A stretch of DNA of 64,000 nt from Promethearchaeota archaeon (GTDB lineage Archaea > Asgardarchaeota > Lokiarchaeia > Sigyniarchaeales > SOKP01). Where the stretch lies: the NCBI GenBank assembly GCA_019058445.1, contig JAHPZA010000009.1, positions 614,410-678,409 of the forward strand, read 5' to 3'. Shown in pieces: positions 57,088 through 64,000 of this stretch. Position 1 is the first letter of the stretch. The number at the start of each line of letters is the position of its first letter. A program made the position numbers and the translations under genes. The notes beneath the pieces are model-generated. The model was not told the origin of the DNA. It did no database searches and saw only the letters and a program-made list of their open reading frames with translations.

Positions 57088-57978
57088 ATGGATATGGCTT
57101 ATAAAGAATTTAATACATATGATAGATGTCCCGAATGTAACGGAAATGTTTTAGTTGTTAAAGAAAGAGGTGAAAGAACTTGTTGCCAATGCGGATTAAT
57201 TATAAATGAAAAAGAGTTTGATTATGTTTATAATGAAAAAATTATGTTTAATCGCGAAATTAAGTTAACAAATGCAAGGAATGGTCAAATTATCACTCCT
57301 CTATTGCCGGACATATCTTTATGTACTCGTATAGAAAAGAAAGAGATTTACAATACTAATTTAAAACGAGCTGTTAAAAGGGACAAGTATTTGCGCTGGG
57401 AGAAGAAAAATTTATTAATTGCTATTACAGAATTAAAGAGAATTTGTTATAACTTAAGCTTGCCTGATCACATTGTAAAAGAAGCATTTAAGCTCTACAA
57501 GCGAGCATATAAAAAAAATTTAGTAAAAGGAAGAACAATCGTAGGTATTGTTGCAGCGTGCATCTATTGTACTTGCAAAAAGGAAACTTCTTCGAGAACA
57601 TTTCAGGATATTCTAAGCCAATCATCTGTGAATCAAAAATCATTAAAATACTGTATAAGGACATTAGCAGAGGCCTTTAAGCTAACTATTTCACTTTCTA
57701 ATCCAATTAATATGATACCTCAATTTATAGCTGAATTGGGGCTGAGTTATGAAGTTGAGAAACTGACAATTAAGGTATTAGATTCTTATCTAAAGAGAGG
57801 GCTTTTAAATGGCAAAAATCCTAAGGGATTATGCGGTGGAGCCATTTATATGTGCGCAAAATTTAAAAATCAAAAGATTAACCAGAAAAGAATAGGAGAA
57901 GTTGTAGGAGTTGCTGAGGCCACACTTAGAAACCAATACAAAGAACTTCTAAATACTCTTGATTTTACTTATGCATGA
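57088..57978 (+). CDS. tfb: Transcription initiation factor IIB (TFB) paralog
   Basis: Zn ribbon CPEC...CCQCG, two cyclin repeats (KGRT...AACIY; GKNP.GL..GAIY), C-terminal HTH T.RN.YKEL; GGTGA upstream. Confidence 0.92.
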   Translation: MDMAYKEFNTYDRCPECNGNVLVVKERGERTCCQCGLIINEKEFDYVYNEKIMFNREIKLTNARNGQIITPLLPDISLCTRIEKKEIYNTNLKRAVKRDKYLRWEKKNLLIAITELKRICYNLSLPDHIVKEAFKLYKRAYKKNLVKGRTIVGIVAACIYCTCKKETSSRTFQDILSQSSVNQKSLKYCIRTLAEAFKLTISLSNPINMIPQFIAELGLSYEVEKLTIKVLDSYLKRGLLNGKNPKGLCGGAIYMCAKFKNQKINQKRIGEVVGVAEATLRNQYKELLNTLDFTYA

Positions 57979-58170
57979 GATTATAAACAATTTATCTAAA
58001 TAGCATCTCTTTTAAGTTTATAAAAAATCAAAACCCTTTAACTGATGACATAAGTTTAAATTTATTTTCTCTATTTTTATTTCAAGAAATTGTTTTAAAT
58101 GCATAAATAAAATCACTTCTTAAGACAAGTCTGCTCAAATTTATATTTAATATCTGCTGGATTATTGTTC

Positions 58171-59805
58171 ATGTCGTTAGAAAATCGCTTAAATTTTGAA
58201 AAAGTGGTCTCTAGAATTTCAGCCCGCTTCGTAGGTAATATACATTTTGATGAGGCTATTGATTCTTCTATTGAAGATATGGGAAATTTATCAAAAGCAA
58301 CTTACATTCTCTATTATTCTCTCGAAAAAGGTATATTTAAGAATACTCATAAATGGTATATAAAGGGTGCAAATTCATTAAAAAAGTCTATTAAAGAGAT
58401 CTCAGTAAATGATTTTTCTTGGTGCTTAGGACAATTCGATAAATATAGTTTCGTTTTAATTAGAGATGTCACTAAGCTTCAAGAGGGTGCTAAAGCCATC
58501 AAAACTATACTAGAAGCCCATAACATTAAATCCTTCCTAGCTTTTCCTGTTAAAATGAGCAATAAGGTGATCGGATTTATAAGCTTTAATCATGTATTGA
58601 AAACGATTGAGTGGAGAGGAAAGGATTTTGCAATATTACGCTTATTTTCTGAGCTACTCGGTAAAGCTTTAGAACTCAAACAGGCAGATTTAGAACTTCA
58701 TTTGAAAGAGGGATTATTAAGAGCTATATTTGAATCAACAGCAGAAGGTTTATTAACTGTGGATGAAAATGGAAAGATCACACACACTAATGTTCGATTC
58801 AACTATATGTGGCGAATACCAAATGATGTTCTTAATAAGGGAAATGCAAATGCTTTATTTGATTATACTCTTAACCAATTGGAAGACCCCGAAACATTCA
58901 TATCAAAAATAGCTATTCTATCTAATTCATCAGAAATTATTTTTGATATGATATTTTTTAAGGACCATCGCGTTTTTGATTGTTATTCTTGTCCCTTAAT
59001 TTTTGAAGGTAAAATAAAAGGAAGAGTTTGGAGCTTTAGAGACATCACAGAATTCGTGCACGCAGAGAAAATGCTTCGAAAATCAGAAAAACAGTATAAA
59101 AATGCCTATGATCGTGCGAATTTTTATAAAGATTTATTTACTCATGACATGAATAACATTCTTCACAATATTAAGTCTTCTGTTGAGCTATTTTCGATAC
59201 TTAAAAATCAACCAGAAAAGAAACAAGAATTAGATGAATTAAATCATATTATAGAAAGACAATGTATTAGGGGAACAAAATTAGTAAATAATGTTCGGAA
59301 ATTATCTGAACTTGATACTAAGGAAATTATCTTAAAACCAGTTAATATTTTTGAAGTATTAAATGATGCCATAAAATATTTTGATAAAAATTCGCATGAG
59401 AAAAAGATAAATGTTAATGTTAAAGTTCCAGATAAAGATTTGTTAGTTCAGGCAAATGAGTTATTATTGGATGTTTTTGAAAATATTTTAAATAATGCTG
59501 TTAAATATACTGATAATCCTATCGTGGACATTAATGTTGTTGTTTCAAAAGAACAACTTAATGGTTATATATATATAAAAACCATGCTTATTGATAAAGG
59601 AATCGGGATTTCTGATAATCAAAAAGAGCTAATTTTTAAAGGGGGATTTAGGACAGACCAAAACATTAGAGGAATGGGATTAGGATTATCCCTGGTGAAA
59701 AATATAATAGAAAGCTATAAAGGTCAAATTTGGGTTGAGGATCGAGTTAAAGGTGATTATAGGAAAGGAAGCAATTTTGTGGTTTTAATCCCCGAATCAA
59801 ACTAA
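58171..59805 (+). CDS. Histidine kinase (GAF, PAS, HisKA, HATPase)
   Basis: NTHKW GAF, GRVWSFRDIT PAS, THDMNN H-box, NILNNAVKY, DKGIG, GMGLGL. Confidence 0.93.
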   Translation: MSLENRLNFEKVVSRISARFVGNIHFDEAIDSSIEDMGNLSKATYILYYSLEKGIFKNTHKWYIKGANSLKKSIKEISVNDFSWCLGQFDKYSFVLIRDVTKLQEGAKAIKTILEAHNIKSFLAFPVKMSNKVIGFISFNHVLKTIEWRGKDFAILRLFSELLGKALELKQADLELHLKEGLLRAIFESTAEGLLTVDENGKITHTNVRFNYMWRIPNDVLNKGNANALFDYTLNQLEDPETFISKIAILSNSSEIIFDMIFFKDHRVFDCYSCPLIFEGKIKGRVWSFRDITEFVHAEKMLRKSEKQYKNAYDRANFYKDLFTHDMNNILHNIKSSVELFSILKNQPEKKQELDELNHIIERQCIRGTKLVNNVRKLSELDTKEIILKPVNIFEVLNDAIKYFDKNSHEKKINVNVKVPDKDLLVQANELLLDVFENILNNAVKYTDNPIVDINVVVSKEQLNGYIYIKTMLIDKGIGISDNQKELIFKGGFRTDQNIRGMGLGLSLVKNIIESYKGQIWVEDRVKGDYRKGSNFVVLIPESN

Positions 59806-60001
59806 TTTTCTGAATCTTATTATCCATTCTTAAAAATTTAATCTGAAACATACATTTTTTAATTATTTGAAACAACAAACTTGAAATCGGTTTTTAAAAA
59901 CCATTTTTTAAAAATAAACCCAGAGTTTAATTAGCTTGGTATATTTATAATATTGAGAAAGAAAAAATTGGAAGAATTAGAAGTATATTGTAGTGAAATA
60001 A

Positions 60002-61153
60002 TTGAATTTTAAAGAATTAGGTATTAAACGCATTGAAACTATCAATGCTTTAAATGAATTAAACATAACTTATCCTACACCTGTCCAAGAACAGGCAATT
60101 CCTTTGATTTTGGGGGGTCATAATATTATGGCTCAGTCTAAAACAGGAACTGGGAAGACGTTAGCTTTTGTTATACCAATAATTGAGAGATTATCCTTTC
60201 AATCTAATGAAGCATTAATTTTAGTCCCAACTCGGGAACTTGCAAAGCAGGTTAATAATGTTGTTAAGGATCTAGGAAATAGCAAAATAAAGTCGCAAAC
60301 TGTATACGGGGGCGTCTCAATAAATAATCAAATTCGAAAACTAGAACAAGGAATACACATTATTGTTGGAACACCTGGGAGAATTATTGATTTATACAAA
60401 AGGAGAAAATTAAATTTAGCTAACATTAAATTTGTAGTGTTAGATGAGGGTGATAGGCTCTGGGATATGGGTTTTGCTCCAGATGTCAAATACATATTAA
60501 ACCAAATCAAGTCTAAATATCAATTCATGTTATTTTCAGCCACATTGGATTATGATATGAGGGAATTAGTGAAGAAATACTCTAAAAATAAATTTGATTT
60601 TCTCAATTTAAGCAGAGATGATCTAACCGTTAAAAACACACTACAGTTTTATTATTTAATTGATAGATTTGAACAGAAATTCAAAACATTTTTGGAGATT
60701 TTAAGAAAAGAAAGGCCAAAACATGCACTTGTATTTGTTAATACAAAAAAAACGGCTAATTGGCTATTTAATAGATTAAAATCAAATAAAGGGAATCATA
60801 ATAAAATTGGATTAATTTCAGGTAATTTATCCCAATTTCAACGTGAAAAAATTCTAAAGGAATATCGAGATCACAAAATTAACATGCTCATAGCTACTGA
60901 TGTGGCAGCAAGAGGTTTAGATATTGAGAATATATCTCACGTTTTTAACTATGATGTTCCTAAATTTCCTGAGAATTACGTTCACAGGATAGGTAGAACA
61001 TCCCGTATGAATAAAAGAGGTATAGCAATTACTCTCTGTCTAAAGGACGAGTATGAGTACCTGTGTCATATAGAGGGTTTAATAGATAAGGAGATAAGAC
61101 TGAAAACTCTTGAAAGTCAAAAACGCGCAAGGCACAGATTTACTATTTATTAG
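60002..61153 (+). CDS. DEAD-box RNA helicase (DEGD variant)
   Basis: Q motif PTPVQ, TGTGKT, PTREL, TPGR, DEGD, SAT, ARGLD, HRIGRT.R. Confidence 0.95.
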   Translation: MNFKELGIKRIETINALNELNITYPTPVQEQAIPLILGGHNIMAQSKTGTGKTLAFVIPIIERLSFQSNEALILVPTRELAKQVNNVVKDLGNSKIKSQTVYGGVSINNQIRKLEQGIHIIVGTPGRIIDLYKRRKLNLANIKFVVLDEGDRLWDMGFAPDVKYILNQIKSKYQFMLFSATLDYDMRELVKKYSKNKFDFLNLSRDDLTVKNTLQFYYLIDRFEQKFKTFLEILRKERPKHALVFVNTKKTANWLFNRLKSNKGNHNKIGLISGNLSQFQREKILKEYRDHKINMLIATDVAARGLDIENISHVFNYDVPKFPENYVHRIGRTSRMNKRGIAITLCLKDEYEYLCHIEGLIDKEIRLKTLESQKRARHRFTIY

Positions 61154-61222
61154 ATAATCTATCCCTATCAATTAAAATTTCGTAATAAAAATCTTTTAAA
61201 ATTAAGATTTAAATTACTAATT

Positions 61223-61846
61223 ATGGCAGAAGAGAGAAAGTTTATAGATAAACTTTTAGACATCCTTCCAGGAGGAATATATGGAATACTATCCCTCATT
61301 GCAAGAATTTCAGGTGATTTTATAGCTTTTCTTTTTTTCCCGGGATATAGTATTTTTAATAATATGGTAAGTGACTTAGGAGTGGGCGAAGGAGGAATTT
61401 TTTTTAGTTTAGGATTAATCATATCTGGAATCATCTGTGTTCCATTTTATATTACACTTGCAAGGTCACTTAAGAGCGAAGAAATTAGTGAAAAATCGAT
61501 AAAAACAGGATTAATCTTTTTTTACATTTCTGATATTGCTTATATTCTTGTAGGTTTTTTTCCCTCCATTGAAGAAAATTATATTATTTATACGACTCAT
61601 GGGGTTTTAGCAGTTATCAGTTGGCTTACAGGAATAGTCTATTTAATAACTTTCAGTAAATTAATGCTTAAACATGATAATTATACAAAATTACCAGCGT
61701 ATTCTGGATTTTTTTTGATAGGTTTTATGCTTCTATTTCTGTTTACGTGGATTCCTATTTTAGAATGGGTAATGACATTTGCGTTTATTAGTTGGTTAAT
61801 AATAATTTCATGTTATGTACGTTATAACAGATTAGATGAAATATAA
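61223..61846 (+). CDS. DUF998 (Frag1/DRAM/Sfk1-like) membrane protein, copy 1
   Basis: FPGYSIFNNMVSDLG, G.FP, conserved His, EW near C-terminus. Confidence 0.8.
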   Translation: MAEERKFIDKLLDILPGGIYGILSLIARISGDFIAFLFFPGYSIFNNMVSDLGVGEGGIFFSLGLIISGIICVPFYITLARSLKSEEISEKSIKTGLIFFYISDIAYILVGFFPSIEENYIIYTTHGVLAVISWLTGIVYLITFSKLMLKHDNYTKLPAYSGFFLIGFMLLFLFTWIPILEWVMTFAFISWLIIISCYVRYNRLDEI

Positions 61847-61884
61847 TCATAATTTTTAAAATTCAGAATTCAATCTTATAACTT

Positions 61885-62550
61885 ATGGATAAACCTACTA
61901 AATTAATAGACAAAATTCTCGAAGTTATACCTGGAGGAATATTTGGATTATTATCTGTAGTCAGCATAATTTTAGGAGAATTATTTGCATTCTTGCTATT
62001 TCCGGGATATAACATTTTTAATAACATGATCTCTGATCTTGGAGTTGGAAAAGGAGGGATTTTTTTTAATTTAGGCTTAATAATATCCGGTATAATTATA
62101 ATCCCCTATTATATACACCTCGCAAAATCCATAAAAGGTGAAAATATTAAGGAAGATCTCAGGAGATATGCAATATTAGCAGCAATTCTTTCTTGCATAA
62201 CATTTTCCCTGCTGGGTATGTTTCCGGCTATAGAGGATAATATAATTATTTATTACGCTCATGGTATTTTGGCAACGATTAGCATTGCTAGCGGATTAGG
62301 GTATTTATTATTGTATAGCATTTTGATGTATAAAGCCCAAAACTATTCGAAATCCCAAGCGTACCATGGGTTTGTTGTTGCAGTACTATACGCTGCGTTT
62401 CTTCTTACATGGATACCTCTAGTTGAGTGGGTGATGAATCTGGCGATACTAAGCTGGATAACAATAAATTCTATATATTTGTTATATTTAAACAAGCAAG
62501 AAAAACTAACTTTTAAAGATAAACTGGTAAATAATGAAAAAATTGGATAA
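61885..62550 (+). CDS. DUF998 membrane protein, copy 2
   Basis: FPGYNIFNNMISDLG, GMFP, HG, EW. Confidence 0.8.
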   Translation: MDKPTKLIDKILEVIPGGIFGLLSVVSIILGELFAFLLFPGYNIFNNMISDLGVGKGGIFFNLGLIISGIIIIPYYIHLAKSIKGENIKEDLRRYAILAAILSCITFSLLGMFPAIEDNIIIYYAHGILATISIASGLGYLLLYSILMYKAQNYSKSQAYHGFVVAVLYAAFLLTWIPLVEWVMNLAILSWITINSIYLLYLNKQEKLTFKDKLVNNEKIG

Positions 62551-63157
62551 ATTTATTACTTCTTTCTTCAACTATATTCCAGGGGGTGTTTTTGGTCTAT
62601 TATCTGTATTTTTAGCCATTCTATTTGTTTTTTTGTCATATCTTCTTTTCCCCGGTTATAACATGCTAAATAATGATATTAGTGTATTAGGGATCGGACC
62701 AGGATTATCAGCATCACTCTTTAACAATGGATTAAAAATCACAGGAATTACTGCAATACCTTTTTTTATTTATTTTGGAAGAATTTTAAGAAAGGAACCT
62801 GATAATCAAATATATGTTAAATCAGCAGTAAGATTATCTATTGTTGGATGTATAGCATTATCATTAATAGGTTTTTTTCCGGTTATCAATCGTACAATGG
62901 GTATAATTCATGCTGGCTTAGCGTTAATTTTTTTTTTATGTTCTATAATCAATTTAGTCTATTTTAGCATGGCAATTTTAAAAGATCAAAAATTTTCAAA
63001 AAATCATGCATATTTTGGATTTATTATAGCAGGGTTGATTGCTTTTTATATTGCTGTGAGATGGTCTATTGTAGAATGGATTGTTTTTTTTGTATTAGGA
63101 TTTTGGATAATAGATATCAGTATCTATATATTTTATAAAAAATTTAGCATACAATAA
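62534..63157 (+). CDS. DUF998 membrane protein, copy 3
   Basis: FPGYNMLNNDISVLG, GFFP, HA, EW. Confidence 0.8.
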   Translation: MKKLDKFITSFFNYIPGGVFGLLSVFLAILFVFLSYLLFPGYNMLNNDISVLGIGPGLSASLFNNGLKITGITAIPFFIYFGRILRKEPDNQIYVKSAVRLSIVGCIALSLIGFFPVINRTMGIIHAGLALIFFLCSIINLVYFSMAILKDQKFSKNHAYFGFIIAGLIAFYIAVRWSIVEWIVFFVLGFWIIDISIYIFYKKFSIQ

Positions 63158-63260
63158 CAGATTATGCTTATTTTTTTAAATAAAAGGAAGAAGTTATTTT
63201 ATTTATTAAAAAAAATACATTTAAAAATTAGAGAAAGTAATTTTTAATGGGTAAACTACA

Positions 63261-63944
63261 ATGAAAATTAATGATTTAAAGATTAAAAAAGGAATTAGAA
63301 TAAATGAGAAAGACGCATTATTAGTCGTTGATATACAAAACGATTTCTTACCAGGTGGGGCACTAGCTGTTGAACAAGGTGATAGTATCATTGATGGGGT
63401 AAATAAAATTGCTAAAAATTTCAGTAAAAATAATGCTGCGATTATAATGACCCAGGATTGGCATCCTAAAGGGCATTTATCTTTTGCAAGTAGTTATCCT
63501 GATAAAAATCCTGGTGATGAATATCAATCTAAAGATGGAGCCATAGGACCAGTATTATGGCCAGATCATTGCGTACAAGGTACTAAAGGTGCTGAATTTC
63601 ATAAAGATTTAAATTTATTATTTGCGAGTGCTATAATTCGTAAAGGCCGAAATCCAACTGTAGATAGTTATTCCGCCTTTTTAGAAAATGATAAGGTGGT
63701 AGAAACAGGATTATCAGGATATTTAAAATCTTTGAATATTAAACGAATATTTATTTGTGGATTAGCATTAGATTACTGCTGTTATTATAGCGCAATTGAT
63801 GCTGTGGATTTTGGCTTTGAAGAAGTATATCTTTTAGTAGATCTTACGAAGGGAATTGATTTACCTCCAGGAAACATTTCTGCTTCTTTAGAAAATATGA
63901 TAAACAAGGGTATAAAATTCGGAAATATAGATAACTTTAATTAA
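63261..63944 (+). CDS. pncA: Nicotinamidase/pyrazinamidase
   Basis: VDIQNDF.PGGAL, QDWHP..H.SF, WPDHCVQGT, DSYSAF, GLALDYC. Confidence 0.95.
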   Translation: MKINDLKIKKGIRINEKDALLVVDIQNDFLPGGALAVEQGDSIIDGVNKIAKNFSKNNAAIIMTQDWHPKGHLSFASSYPDKNPGDEYQSKDGAIGPVLWPDHCVQGTKGAEFHKDLNLLFASAIIRKGRNPTVDSYSAFLENDKVVETGLSGYLKSLNIKRIFICGLALDYCCYYSAIDAVDFGFEEVYLLVDLTKGIDLPPGNISASLENMINKGIKFGNIDNFN

Positions 63945-64000
63945 TTCTATCATTTTCAGATTTAATTAGATAAATCGATTAATATTCCTTTTACTTATAA

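Noticed and set aside
60002-61153. DEGD instead of DEAD as a sign of an inactive helicase
   Set aside because: The third position of DExD is variable and all other motifs are intact.
61151-61225. Helicase TAG is followed by an open frame into the DUF998 gene (possible read-through fusion)
   Set aside because: Both proteins look complete, the 23-codon spacer is AT-rich and intergenic-like, and TAG ends several other intact genes; probably chance.
1-64000. Genome-wide TAG reassignment, CRISPR array, prophage or transposase
   Set aside because: TAG terminates genes at plausible C-termini (e.g. 15393, 55658, 61153). I saw no regularly spaced repeats and no integrase, capsid or transposase motifs.

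Overview
AT-rich archaeal chromosomal window, most consistent with an Asgard archaeon of the Lokiarchaeia/Promethearchaeota type. Support: aCPSF1, TFB, a BHB-intron tRNA, a roadblock protein, an EF-2 paralog lacking the diphthamide HRG motif, and a FWGHCSNLQAW-type domain. The window holds about 50 protein genes (gatB fragment, ECF transporter, acyl-CoA catabolism, glycoside catabolism, hisA, purN, pncA, helicase, histidine kinases), two tRNAs (Gln-CTG with intron, Gly-CCC), one GNAT gene split by a nonsense codon, and several structured intergenic elements. I saw no CRISPR array, rRNA or transposase. Best novelty candidates: (1) a 790-aa protein joining Zn fingers, five tandem UFL1/DDRGK/PCI-like winged helices and an adaptin/COP/BBSome-like appendage; (2) a signalling island in which an RHH-HisKA-receiver protein and a divergent TFB paralog sit between two GAF/PAS kinases; (3) tRNA-Gln encoding C33 while its intron keeps the A that would pair with U33; (4) two candidate guide-like ncRNAs; (5) an apparent ATT start codon on ecfT. 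All family calls come from motif recognition by eye; no database searches were run.
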